The notes beneath the pieces are model-generated. The model searched no databases. It worked only from the letters and a program-made list of their open reading frames with translations, and was not told the origin of the DNA. Position numbers and translations under genes: made by a program. Shown here piece after piece: positions 39,919 through 56,799 of a stretch of DNA of 64,000 nucleotides (the first letter of the stretch is position 1; every line of letters starts with the position of its first letter). Origin of the DNA: the human T2T-CHM13v2.0 reference genome, Homo sapiens. The DNA lies in the NCBI RefSeq assembly GCF_009914755.1, contig NC_060938.1; one strand, written 5' to 3'.

Positions 39919-40057
39919 CTAGGGTTACTCCATCAGGAAACTCATCTTGAAGATCAAAAAGTTCCCCAAATGCATTAAGGAACTCCAAAACCATCAGAGC
40001 ATCACCAAAGATTTCAGGAGGTAGTCTAGTTTTCACTGGTGTTGGTTCTGGAAGTTC
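39919..40057 (-). CDS. BAZ1A: BAZ1A exon 11 (139 nt; DDT domain start, ELPEPTPV...FPDGVTL), GC donor
   Basis: tttcag|GAAC ... CTAG|gcaagt; this boundary gives VTL-E-VLEE with exon 12. Confidence 0.94.
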
Positions 40058-40839
40058 CTGAAATATTGAACAATTTATATAACTATTTGAACCAAGAGCA
40101 GGAAAACTTAAAAGGCAGAGATGACATACTTTTTACCTAACTATTAAGAAGTATTATTTGTAAGCTACTGGTTCTCAACCCTTGCTGTTTATCACAATCA
40201 CCTTTGAAACTTCTAAAATTATAGATGTCCTGAACTTGTTCCAACTTTACTAAATCACAGTTCCTGACAAGGGACCGGGAGAAAGGAACATTTTCTTCCT
40301 TATACTAAGAACATAACTTTAGGCTGAGTGTATTTCTGACTATATTTCCTAGTAAGAGTCTCTTAACCCACATTCTGAAGTCAAATCAGCTGTGAAATAC
40401 TACCTTCAATGTAGTAGCTCCTTATGATTTGGAACATAATTAATCTACCATCTACTAATTTTGATTTACTGAAATTATTCTTTATAAGCCAAGTTGAATG
40501 AGTTTGATTTGGACACTTTGGCCATTTCTGGAAATAGGCAGAATCCTTACCTAGCAATCAAGCTAAATGCATGCCTGGCTACAGTGGTTTTTGGATTATT
40601 AAGGATCACACAAACTGACCTATTATTTCTACAGAATAAGAATCATTATCAAAGCTGATTATAAAACACTAACAATGCTACCTTGGAATTCTAAGTGTGA
40701 ACATTTGCTTAACTAGCTATTTCCTCTCGGTTAAATATAAAGAGAAGAGGCTGCTATTAAATAAGAATGATTTCATCAGCAAAGCCACATAGGACATGTA
40801 AAACCTATGTGTGCTAAACATCACATAACATGTTTATAC

Positions 40840-40935
40840 CTTAAGGTCATCACATTCCATATCTTCTCTAGGTTTACTCCACTGTTTTAAGTATTCCACA
40901 TACTTTCGCTTTTCTTCACGTAACTTCTCTCTTTC
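40840..40935 (-). CDS. BAZ1A: BAZ1A exon 10 (96 nt; EREKLREEKRKYVEYLKQWSKPREDMECDDLK)
   Basis: ttctag|GAAA ... TAAG|gtataa; phase 0-0. Confidence 0.96.
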
Positions 40936-40982
40936 CTAGAAATTTTTAAAAGTTAATAACAATTCATGTAAGAAATTTATAT

Positions 40983-41142
40983 GGCAGCATCGGCATCTCC
41001 TGAGAACTTGTTAGAAATGCAAATACTTGGACCTTACCCCATACCTACTGAAGCAGTAACTCTGAGGTTAGGACTTAGCAACTGGTGTTCTAGCAAGCCC
41101 TTCTGGTGGTTTTTAATACACGCTAAAGTTTTAGAACCACTG
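40983..41142 (+). mobile_element. MER5A
   Basis: GAACTTGTTAGAAATGCAAAT...AAAGTTTTAGAACCACTG. Confidence 0.85.
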
Positions 41143-41186
41143 ATCAAAATAATACCTATCAAAATAATACTATAAAGACTGAAAAT

Positions 41187-41331
41187 GGGCCGAGTGCAGT
41201 GGCTCACACATGTAATCCCAGCACTTTGGGAGTCAGAGTCAGGTGGATTACTTGACGTCAGAAGTTTGAGACCAGCCTGGCCAAAATGGCGAAACTCCAT
41301 CTCTACTAAAAATACAAACACATATACATAT

Positions 41332-41367
<36 letters not shown>

Positions 41368-41497
41368 GCATGCTGAGCGTGGTGGCATGCACCTGTTGTT
41401 CCAGCTACTCAGGAGGCTGAGGCAGAAGAAGCCTTGAACCCGGGAGGAGAGGGTTGGGGTGAACTGAGATCACACCACTGCACTCCCGCCTGGGCAG
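41187..41497 (+). mobile_element. AluS with (CA)n microsatellite in linker (41319-41365)
   Basis: Alu consensus; CA run. Confidence 0.88.
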
Positions 41498-42347
41498 CTC
41501 TTGAATAAATATTAATTTAATCTGACTTGATCTATAGCTTTCCCTCTACTTCCTATCAATAAGATCCTAGCAAAATAAATTATTAGACTGCCTAAAATGA
41601 AACTTCCCCTTATGTTTGTAATAAATTTGTCATTTTCAAGATTCATTTGAATCTGATAACAGCCTAGAGATACAAAGAGGGAACAATAATTAAAAGCAAC
41701 AATATTAGAATAGATGGACTTATTTCTTATAATTCAGGCTATTTCTCTTACTCGGTCTTTTGAAACCCTTACTTTTTGATTCTGGTGTTTGAAATTGCAA
41801 GATAAATATTAACTGCTAAATGTCTCTAATAAAACAGTGTAAATCAAATATTTTACTATTTTTTCCAGTAAGTATACTTAATATGTTATTATTCTCTTCT
41901 TTGAAATTTAGTAAGAACAGAGGTTAACAGATGTGCACTTATCAAATTTTCAACATAAAACGCCTAGATAGTTACGGAACTTGCTGTAACTTGAATAGTC
42001 TGCTTAAATAAATTATCCACCCCCAACCTCAGAAATAATTCTTATAGGATCAAATAAGGTTAACATTCTAATTCATTGTTGCTAACAGTGTAAATAAGCA
42101 CATGCTTGGGAAATACTTAGTTATGTGTATGTATAGAAAGTTTTAAAAATATTCTTAATCTTTGATTTATTCTACTTCTACAAATTTATCCTGGGACATA
42201 GTCCAAAAAAAAAGACTTTATTCAGAAATTTGAACACAGCAGTATTATTTAAAGCACTTAGCTATGACTATTTAATGAGTTATGCAGTCATTAAAAATTC
42301 CACTTAAGATTATTTAATAACATGAAAGAATGTTTATGATCATGTTA

Positions 42348-42818
<471 letters not shown>

Positions 42819-42862
42819 TTAGACTTCCTGCACCACCTTCATGGCCTATTTGACAAACATCT

Positions 42863-44561
42863 GGTTTCCGTTCCAAGACGGCCGGTCCAGTCTGCAGCTC
42901 CCAGCGTGATCAATGCAGAAGACGGTGATTTCTGCATTTCCAACTGAGGTACCTGGTTCATCTCATTGGGACTGGTGCCCATGGAGGGCGAGCCGAAGCA
43001 GGGCGAGCCAAAGCAGGGCGGGCCGAAGCAGGGCGGGCATCGCCTCACCCGGGAAGTGCAAGGGGTCAGGGGATTTTCCTTTCCTAGCCAAGGGGAGCCT
43101 TGACAGACTGCACCTGGAAAATCGGGACACTCCTGCCCAAATACTGCGCTTTTCCAACAGTCTTAACAAACAGCACACCAGCAGATTATATCCCGTGCCT
43201 GGCTCAGCGGGTCCCATGCCCACAAAGCCTTGCTCACTGCTAGTGCAGCAGTCTGAGATCGACCTGCGAGGCAGTAGCCTGGCAGGGGGAGGGGGCGTCC
43301 GCCACTGCTGAGGGGCGTGTCCGCCATTGCTGAGGCTTGAGTAGGTAAACAAAGCTGCTGGGAAAGCTCAAACTGGGCGGAGCCCACCGCAGCTCTGAAA
43401 GGCCTGCTGCGTCTGTAGACCACACCGCTGGGGGCAGGGTGTAGCTGAACAAAAGACAGCAGAAATTTCTACAGACTTAAACATCCCTGTCTGGCAGCTC
43501 CTAGCATGGTTTTTGAACTCTGAGAACAGAGAGACTGTCTCCTCAAGTGGGTCCCTGACCCCTGTGCAGCCTAACTGGGAGACACCTCCCAGTAGGGGCC
43601 AACTGACACATCATATGGGTAGGTGCCCCTCTGGGACAAAGCTTCCAAAGGAAGGATAAGGCAGCAATATGTGCTGTTCTGCAATATTTGCTGTTCTGCA
43701 GGCTCCACTGGTGATACCCAGGCAACCTCATCAAAAAATGAGCGAAGGACATGAACAGACACTTCTCAAAAGAAGACATTTATGCAGCCAAAAGACACAT
43801 GAAAAAATGCTCATCACTGGTCATCAGAGAAATGCAAATCAAAACCATAATGAGATACCATCTCACAGCAGTTAGAATGGCAATCATTAAAAAGTCAGGA
43901 AACAACAGATGCTGGAGAAGATGTGGAGAAATAGGAATGCTTTTACACCGTTGGCTGGAGTGTAAACTAGTTCAACCATTGTGGAAGACAGTGTGGCGAT
44001 TCCTCAAGGATCTAGAACCAGAAGTACCATTTGACCCAGCGATCCCATTACTGGGTATATACCCAAAGGATTATAAATCATTCTACTATAAAGTCACATG
44101 CACACATATGTTTATTGTGGCACTATTCACAATAGCAAAGACTTGGAACCAACTCAAATGTCCATCAATGATAGACTGAATTAAGAAAATGTGGTGCATA
44201 TACACCATGGAATACTATGCAGCCACAAAAAAGGATGAGTTCATGTCCTTTGCAGGGACATGAATGAAGCTGGAAACCATCATTCTCAGCAAACTATCAC
44301 AAGGACAGAAAACCAAACACCGCATGTTCTCACTCATAGGTGGGACTTGAACAATGAGAACACTTGGACACAGGATGGGGAATATCATACACCAGGGCCT
44401 GTTGTGGGGTGGGGGGAGGGGGGAGGGATAGCATTAAGAGAAATACCTAATGTAAATGATGAGTTAATGGGTGCAGCAAATGAACATGGCACATGTATAC
44501 CTATGTAACAAACCTGCACATTGTGCACAGGTACCCTAGAACTTAAAGTATAATTAAAAAA
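42863..44561 (+). mobile_element. Internally deleted L1PA (about PA7/PA8-like): 5'UTR joined to ORF2 3' end and 3'UTR
   Basis: L1 5'UTR motifs 42863-43725, then [10 protein letters not shown]... ORF2 C-terminus, G-rich 3'UTR and A tail. Confidence 0.93.
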
Positions 44562-44771
44562 CAAAATTCAAGGGAGACGATAGACAACTAAAATGAGCAC
44601 AGAGCATGTAATATGATCCTCTAAGGCTACTTGTGAATATCCCAAGAAATCTCTGAAAATGGCTGACTTTGGAGGAAACCAGCTATAGAATTCTCTAAGG
44701 AATATGTATCACTGGAAACCACAATCAAAGATTTGCTGAAACACTATTATTACACCTTATTTTTCAAGTAG

Positions 44772-45080
<309 letters not shown>

Positions 45081-45394
45081 TATTTTATTTTTCAAACTGC
45101 GTATTTTACCTCTTAAAGGTTTACATATAAACTTTTACATATATCATCTTCCCTAAATTTGGAAATCTAAACAATGAAATCATTTAGAACTGCATTCTAA
45201 AAGAGGTTTTAAGTGATGCGTAAAGGCATGTTAAATTTTCCAAAGCAAAAGGGAGATAAACCAATTAACTTTCTATGCACATTCATAAATGTGAATGAAA
45301 GTAGTAAAAGCATTTAAAAATCAACCATGGATGTAGATATGTAAAGTAGTATTACTATATGTAGAGAGTATAGCTAATATACTCAAATGAATAC

Positions 45395-45561
45395 CTTTTC
45401 TCTTTCTACTTTAAGCCTCTCTTTTTCTTCTTTTTTCTTTAGTCTCTCTTCTTCAACAATTTTTTTCAATTCTTCCCTCTTTTTCTCTTTATCTTCTTTT
45501 TCTTTTTTCTTCGCTTCTAGGGCATCTGCTTTTTCTCTTTTTAATTTAGCCTTTTCAAAAG
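45395..45561 (-). CDS. BAZ1A: BAZ1A exon 9 (167 nt; K/E-rich FEKAKLKREK...LKVEREK)
   Basis: tcacag|CTTT ... AAAG|gtattc; phase 1-0. Confidence 0.96.
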
Positions 45562-46264
45562 CTGTGAAGAAAAATCAAACTTAGAACTATATATATAGAC
45601 AAAATAACACTTGGCAATTTTTTTGATGTAACAACAGAATCCTTGAAATAATTTAAAGTTAAATGAGATTAGTAGAGACTCTTAAAATTCCTACAGGGAG
45701 CCAGCAGATTATTAAAACAGGAAAAGCAAATTGGCTAAGTTTATGACAAACTACAGTACTGGGACAAACATATCTGTGCCTTTGAAAGCCCTAATACCCA
45801 AAGTGTGATCTGAAGACCAGCAGCAAGGTTATCATCACCTTGTTAAAAAATGCAGAATCTCATTCCCCCACCAGACCTACTAATTTAGAATCTTCATCAT
45901 TTTGACAAGATCCCCAAGTGATTCATATGTACATTCAAGTTTGGGAAGCAATGTTTTAAAAGGCTGTGTGAATCAAACAAAATAGCCCCAGTTTGTAAGC
46001 CCTGGAAACTCAAACTTCTGCTTAATCTAGCACTAAGCAATTTAATAGGGAATATGCAAGACCATGAAATTTAAAGAGATGAAGCGGTCTTATTTATAAA
46101 ACAAGCAAACAAACAAATAAACAATAGTTATCTGATAGAAAAAATAACTGCACTTCAAAACAATTAACCAGAAACATGCCATTTCGGAAACATCCCCCAC
46201 TCAGGCACAGAGAAATATTCTTTCTTATTCCTAATTAGCTTTTGGAAACAATGTTAAAACTCAC

Positions 46265-46364
46265 CCAGTGACTTCATTTCTTCTTGTTTCAAAAGTTTAT
46301 CTCTTTCTTTAGTAGCTTTGCTCCTATAACTTGCAAGAGTCTGTTTATTAGCAACATTGTCCTC
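46265..46364 (-). CDS. BAZ1A: BAZ1A exon 8 (100 nt; EDNVANKQTLASYRSKATKERDKLLKQEEMKSL)
   Basis: ttttag|GAGG ... CTGG|gtgagt; phase 0-1. Confidence 0.96.
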
Positions 46365-46460
46365 CTAAAAAACAAACCAAAATAGTATGCCTGGTTCTTA
46401 TAGTAAGAATAAAAAGCAAAAAATTTAAAACTCTCACCAATTACACTTTCTTTATACTAA

Positions 46461-47662
<1,202 letters not shown>

Positions 47663-48024
47663 GCATTATTGCTTTTTTAAAGCCCCCTATAGCTTCTTCC
47701 TGTCAGAATTTATTGCTCTTTATTCTACACTTCAATCCCATAGTTTATTCCCTGCTTTACATTTCAGTAATTGCTTATGTGCTTGCTTCCACTTTGGTAT
47801 AGAATCCTTGTGGTATGAAAGTCATATCTAATTCACACCTGAAACTTCTACAAGCCTCATTGCTGAGCAGTTATCAACATATAGTACACACTTACATACT
47901 TTTTGGTGAGGTAATGAGTTTCTTCCTCTAGGCTATGGATGTGAGGGGAGACAAACATACTTCTTGATTCTGAATACTGTTTTACTAACAGTGAAAATGT
48001 AGTTTTAATCAATTCTGTACTTAC

Positions 48025-48159
48025 TTGACTAATATGTATTCGTTTGGGAGGTCTCCCTCTTCGTCTGTTAGCAGGACTGAAGATAAATGTGGGTGGATCA
48101 TCAGGGAAGAAATAAGAAAAATCTTGTTCTGCTATTTTATACGTTGAAAGAGATGATGC
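48025..48159 (-). CDS. BAZ1A: BAZ1A exon 7 (135 nt; ASSLSTYK...NRRRGRPPKRIHISQ)
   Basis: attaag|GCAT ... TCAA|gtaagt; inside ORF 47857..48198. Confidence 0.96.
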
Positions 48160-48269
48160 CTTAATAAAACAAAGACATAGGGTACAATAATAACACATTA
48201 GTAAACAACATACAGATATGCCCTAACATGTCATATGGCCGCTATTAATGCTGTTAAAAGATCAGGATA

Positions 48270-48593
<324 letters not shown>

Positions 48594-49110
48594 TTATGCA
48601 TTATTGTGTAGTAAAATACATTTTAGTTGGTTTAACCAATCCTTTTTCCACTATATAATTAATTAGCCTTACCAAAAAGAAAACCACAATTCAAAGATTA
48701 CAATAAAATACCTCAAGAATGGTTGTACAGTTTCTTGTATTTCAAAATTACATATATATTATACAATAATTTGTTTTGCTTTGACAAATTTTGTGAGATT
48801 TTCTACATAAATGAATAATCAATCTATGTAAATGAATAATCAATCCATATATTTAACATTAAAAATCTACTGTATTAACCTGATAAATTTTTCTTAACCA
48901 TTTGCCAACTGCTGAACATTTATTTAGATTTTCCTCCCAGGGTAGAGTAATAACTTAACTACTTAATATATCAAATTTCCCATTACATCCCTCTAGTCTT
49001 GATAAAAGCAGAAATACTTGCAAATTCCTATAAAGTTTAAACAAAGAATTTAAGTTCAGAAGTCAAACTCATTCTTGCCAGAAATGGTGTGGTTCTAGAA
49101 TAATTATTAA

Positions 49111-49509
<399 letters not shown>

Positions 49510-50099
49510 TAGACTTTTTGTTATTTTTGACCTAATGGCCAAGATCATCATTCTTCCTCTCAAACAAGTGAACAAAAGCAAGTGCCATTTACTGAAATAC
49601 CTTTCAGGAAATGTGTGAGAAAATAATGACACAAAATACAAAAAGTTAACAAAACAGAAAAGGGTATTTTGTGTATAATTATTTTTGTAGGTAGAGCACA
49701 GCTTTAAACACCTGGAATTCCACCAGTTCTGGCCATGATAATAAATCAAGAATCTATCAAAATTTCCCATTAAAGAAGATTTCATTAAAATAATCATATT
49801 CCATCCCATATAACCTCAGAATTATGTGGGGTAACAGGATTATCTACAGAATAGAATTATGTAATTGTCTACAGAATTGCACCTTAAATATGAAATAAAG
49901 CACATGGGTGGTTTCTTCTCAAATATCACACTCATAAAGGCCAAAATACGTTTTAGTACATTAATTGCCAAAGTTCCTTATTCATACACACAATACACAA
50001 AACCCACATCTTTGTGTACTTGTAGGTACTCCTAACAGCAGTCTATGCTCACCAAAACTGGTTATCAAACTTTGTGTGCTTGCTCACAAAGGGCTGTGC

Positions 50100-50443
50100 T
50101 GATATAATTTGGCTCTGTGTCCTCATCCAGATCTCATGTGGAATTGTACTCCCCAGTGTTAAAGGGCAGGCCTGGTAGGAGGTGACTGAATCATGGAGCA
50201 GGCTTCCCCCTTGCTGTTCATGAGATCTGGTTGTTTGAATGTAGCACCTCCCACTTCACGCTGTCTCCTGCCAGCCATGTGAAGATGTGCTTGCTTTCCG
50301 CCATGATTGTAGGTTTCCTGAGGCCTCCCCAGAAGCAGAAGACTGTACAGCCCACAAAACTGTGAGCCGATTAAACCTCTTTTCTTTATGAATTACCCAG
50401 TCTCAGGTATGTCTTTATAGCAGTGTGAGAATGGATTAATACA
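50100..50443 (+). mobile_element. MSTA-like MaLR solo LTR
   Basis: TGATATAATTTGGCTCTGTGTCC ... AGAATGGATTAATACA. Confidence 0.87.
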
Positions 50444-51470
50444 CCAGCATATCCATTAATAATCTTCTATTACACTCTAAGTGAAAAATGTTTATTGTGA
50501 CCTTAATTCCCATTTATTTATTAAGTTGAGCTTCTTTCCATGTTCATTGACTTTTTCCTTGGTGAAATATTTGCTGATGTCTTTCATCACCATTTTCCAG
50601 TTGGGTCATCTTTGCTCATTGATGTGTAAGAAATCTTTGCAAATTAGAGGAATTGGCCAACTGGGTGTTTACAATATACATATACAACTATTCACATATA
50701 TCGATTGCCTACCACGTGTCAGGCACTGTTCTAGCCATTTATTGCAAGTATCTAAATCATTAAAACTTTTTGTAAGCATCATTTAATATGGCTGCCTGAT
50801 AATGCTATAGACAGAGCATAATTGAATCTTATCAAGGCAGATACATAAATATGCTCACATTTTTAAAAAATTATTTTTCAGATGACGCTATCTTACGTTT
50901 TCAAGTTTTTATATTTCATCCACGGTGAATTTTAGTCATATCTATTTGACCATTTTCCTACTGGGGTGCTTATGTTTCTCTAGTTAATTTGCGTTCTTCA
51001 TTGTATTTACTCAAGGTATTTTTCCCCCAGCGCTTGCCCTTGAAATCTACACATGACTTTTTTTTTTTTTTTCCCTTAGACGGAGTCTCCTGTTGCCCAG
51101 GCTGGAGTGCAGTGGCGCAATCTTGGCTCACTTATTCATGACATTTTAAAACCTATGTTTATGCTCAATCTCATCCTTGGTATTTTTTTTTCTATTTCTC
51201 CTAAGTACCTCATCATGTTTAACATTAAAATTTGTTTCATTTCTTTTGAGTTAGATTTAACTTTATTATTCCAATAGTTAACCAAGTGTCCATTTTTATT
51301 TATCAGTCTTGCCTCTAGAGACCTGAAATGTTAACTTTTCGCATAAACTCATTCTTTTTTTTAAAGTTTCTCTTCTTTTTAAACATTTATATACAGTGAA
51401 ATGCACAAATCTAACACATGCAGGAGCTGATTTGTGACAAATGCATACATCTCTCTAACCCATGCTACTG

Positions 51471-52228
51471 CCTTTTTAAACTTTTATTTTAAGTTCAGGG
51501 GTGCATTTGCAGGTTTGTTACATAGTTAACGTGTCATGGGGGTTCTGTTGTGCAGATTACTTTATCACCCAGGTTTTAAGCACGTGCCCATTAGTTATTT
51601 TTTCCCATCCTCTCCCTCCTCCCACCTTCTGATAGGCTGAAATCCCAGGCTCAAGTGATCCTCCCACCTCAGCCTTCGGAGTAGCTGGGACTACAGGCAT
51701 GAGGCTCCATTCTATTGCTTTTTTCACTTAGTGTGTCTTTATCCCAATAAAAGTTGAATATTTTGCATTTTAAAAAATTACTTTGAGTTTTACCATTTAA
51801 CTTTTTATTTAGTGTGCAATGTGAAATCTCTAAAACTTGACTTTTTCCTCTCTTAATGGTTATAGACAAAATATAATCTGTCTGCTTAGTATTAGCATGA
51901 TACTTTTTATTTTTATTTATTATTATTATTATATTATTTTGAGACAGGGTCTCACTCTGTTGTCCAGGCTGGAGTGCAGTGATACAATCACAGCTCACAG
52001 CAGCCTTGACCTCTCCAGGCTCAGGTGATCCTTTTACCTCAGCTTCCTAAGTAGCTGGGACTACAGTTACCCACCACCACACCCAGCTAATTTTTCTAAT
52101 TTTTGTAGATACAGGGTTTGCCATGTTTCCCAGGCTGGTCTCCAGGCTGGTCTCCTGGGCTCAAGCAGTATGTACACTTTGGCCTCGTGAAGTGCAAGGA
52201 TTACAGGAGTAAGTCACGGTGCCCAGCC
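51471..52228 (-). mobile_element. L1PA 3'-end fragment (51471-51640), Alu fragment and AluJ (51904-52228)
   Basis: TTAAGTTCAGGGGTGCAT..GCAGGTTTGTTACATAG L1 3' end; Alu consensus. Confidence 0.8.
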
Positions 52229-52624
52229 AATGCTCTTTTTATTATACATTGTTCTCTTATCTAGTAGGCTCTGTTTAGCATTGTTCTTTGAATCTGTCTA
52301 TTCTTTGTAAGCGAGAACCACACTATAGGTATTAGGAAGCTATAGTTGCCCCACCTGATAACTTTTCTTTTTCCAAATTTTCTATTTTCACCTGTCCTTG
52401 TTGATCTTTTTTGTAAGTGGCAGTAACTGAACCACCTAGCGATTCCAGCAATTTTAGAAATAGTAATTAATCCAATATTTTTCAGAAGTACTAAAAATTG
52501 GCTCCAGATTAAAAGAGAGCAATCTTTAATCATCTTTGAAATAACATTTCAGCAATGTTATAACTTTATAACACTACCCATTTTGTTTTCTGTCTTCCAA
52601 CAAATAATTTCATTATTTGATTAC

Positions 52625-52712
52625 CTTTATTTTAATGACTCCATCTTGTGGTTCACAGTGTTGCTTCAGAAAAAGCTTTAGTTTATCACGAGAAAATAGG
52701 TGTTTTCTCCGG
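52625..52712 (-). CDS. BAZ1A: BAZ1A exon 6 (88 nt; RRKHLFSRDKLKLFLKQHCEPQDGVIKIK)
   Basis: ctgtag|CCGG ... AAAG|gtaatc; phase 2-0. Confidence 0.96.
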
Positions 52713-52996
52713 CTACAGGAGGCAAGGAAGTCAAAGAGGGGTAGTGTTAGCATCAAAGAGTTCAACCCCAACTCCATAATCTCTGTAAATTTGTAACCTG
52801 AATTTCAGAAAGCCTAGGAATCAAAGGACACACTTCATCTTCTAACAGTATTTATGTAGAAGTTACAAGAAACTTTTACAGAGGTATTTATTAGGAAGTT
52901 ATAAGATCTACATGAGTGAATCTATTATAAAAAGTCTATTACAAAAACAGCAATATGCATTTGTTGTTTAGGGGCCACTGAGAAAACAAACTTCAA

Positions 52997-53702
<706 letters not shown>

Positions 53703-54113
53703 TTAAAATCAGTAGACTACCAGAAATCGTATTAAGTGCTGCAAATCAATATTCAAGTGGATATTGTAAACAAAATTGAACATAGCTTGTATCAAATTTT
53801 AAAACATTTTGTATTTAAATCTCATGACAACCAGCAAATTAGTGGGATGAAAATTAAAAGAGGCTTAAAATTAATATTCTAAAACATACTGTTTTTTATT
53901 CTCCCTTGCCCCCCAATTAAAAACAACCACAAGAGTACCAAACACCACCACAAACAAAACAAAACCAATAGAAAAGAAATAGAAGTATTTTTGGGAAAAA
54001 GTAAATGTTTTAATTGAGTTCAATATATTCCTTTCAAGAAAAAGCCGTTAAAAGCTCCTATAAGTGAATAAACAATATATGATTTTTAAGTAGTGGCCTT
54101 CCCAAAAATGTAT

Positions 54114-54397
54114 ACAGTTAGCCCTCCATATCCTTAGATCAAAAGTATTTGGAGAAAATAAAAACTGCATCTGTACTAAACATGTGCAGACTTTTTTTGT
54201 TGTCAGTATTCCCTAAACAATACAGTATAACAATGATTTACACTTCATTTACATTGTATTAGGTATTATAAGTAATCTGGAGATGATTTAAAGTATATGG
54301 GAAGATGTGTGTAGGTTAAATGCAAATACTACACCATTTTATGAAACTTGAACATTCAAAGATTTCCCTCCCACACAGATAACCAAGGATGACTATA
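54114..54397. mobile_element. Tigger3-like TcMar MITE
   Basis: TA-CAGTTAGCCCTCCATATC ... GATAACCAAGGATGACTA-TA. Confidence 0.7.
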
Positions 54398-55801
54398 TTC
54401 TTTTCCTAGACTTAAAGCTCCATGAGAACAAGGACTCTGCTACATCTCTGCAAGCTGGTAAAGAGAAGGTAATTACTTGTTGACTACTGAAGAAACTAGT
54501 CCTGAAGGACTTCATTAGTTTACATGGTAGCTACCAGCCACATATTGTTTATTTATAAATAAAATTAAAAACTCAGTTCCCTCATTCTTTCTAGCTACAT
54601 TTCAAATGCTCAATAGTGACACATGGCTGTTGGACAGCATACATGTAACATTTCCATTATAAAAGAAAGTTCTACTTGTCAATGCTACTCTAGCATATCA
54701 AGTCTTCTTCTTTATTAGAGGAATATTACCATCTCTTTATTTAAAAAAAAGTATTGTACTATTTTTTGATGCTAACAAAGAGCTATAAGTCACTTAAGTC
54801 TTTTATTATGAAGTATAACTTTCTCACCTTGTAATTCTTTGGCTTACCAATTAGGAAGAAAATGAGCTAACCAAGGCTGTAACCATGGCCTAGCAGAATA
54901 ATTATATTTAAAGTATAAGTCAAAAAGTAAATAGAAAAATGAAAAATATTAAATAGGGAATTACATTATGTAAATAACATATCCTGAACTAAAGGCAAAA
55001 GAAAAAAACTCAACTGTGAATAAGGAAAATATCTGTAGTCTCAACAATTGCTATTCATTAGCCCATAAACTAAACAAATTTTTAGAAGTTTGAATAATCA
55101 AACATTAGTTTTAGAATATTATTTTTGAATATAAAGTAAAATGTAGAATGCTCTAGAGATCTTAAACTAATGATGAGCCCCCCAAAACCAACCAACCAAC
55201 AAACCACACACACCTCAATACAGCCACAGAAAGTGATATATCTATCTCAGGATTCTCTTAATACTTATATTATTATCACTTTCGTTTGGATACATGAATA
55301 TATATGGAACAAAAGGGATGAGAACATAAGCAAAAATTATTTTACACTAAATGAAATACAAGACTGACTCCTAGGTGGCAGGTTGATAGCTGGCTGATAT
55401 CATCTTGCTTTCAGATGACTAAGAGCCTAAACCCAACAGACAACAATAGGGATTTTCCTAAAATATATCTGTATAACGTAAAGCCAGTTCTTTTACGTAT
55501 TAACTACTCACTAAAGCAACTTCTTACATTAACTTCTGTCTCCTTTGATTAGGCCTCAAACAGGAACTTTTTAAAGATACTCATTTTTTATGATTTAACT
55601 TTCTTAATGAATAGGAAAAAACTGATCAAATGTTTGTCTAATGAATACTACAAACGTGACGTTTATAAGCACCTTTATTAACATTAAAAATTGAGTTATC
55701 TCATGAAAAGTACTTCATAAATAGGACCCTTTTTAATTCTTTAGATAGAAGACTATTTGGGGTTAGTCATCTAAACAAATGGCTCAATAAGTCCATTAGG
55801 A

Positions 55802-56799
<998 letters not shown>

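Noticed and set aside
43664-43700. 17-bp tandem repeat in the L1 5'UTR
   Set aside because: As I recall, part of the older L1PA consensus, not locus-specific
51481-51490. AATAAA from a gene-sense L1 3' end as an intronic poly(A) site
   Set aside because: Hexamer is very common in these AT-rich introns; no independent support
54820-54855. Two strong minus-strand donors (AAG|GTGAGA, TTG|GTAAGC) in intron 5
   Set aside because: No convincing upstream acceptor to define an exon
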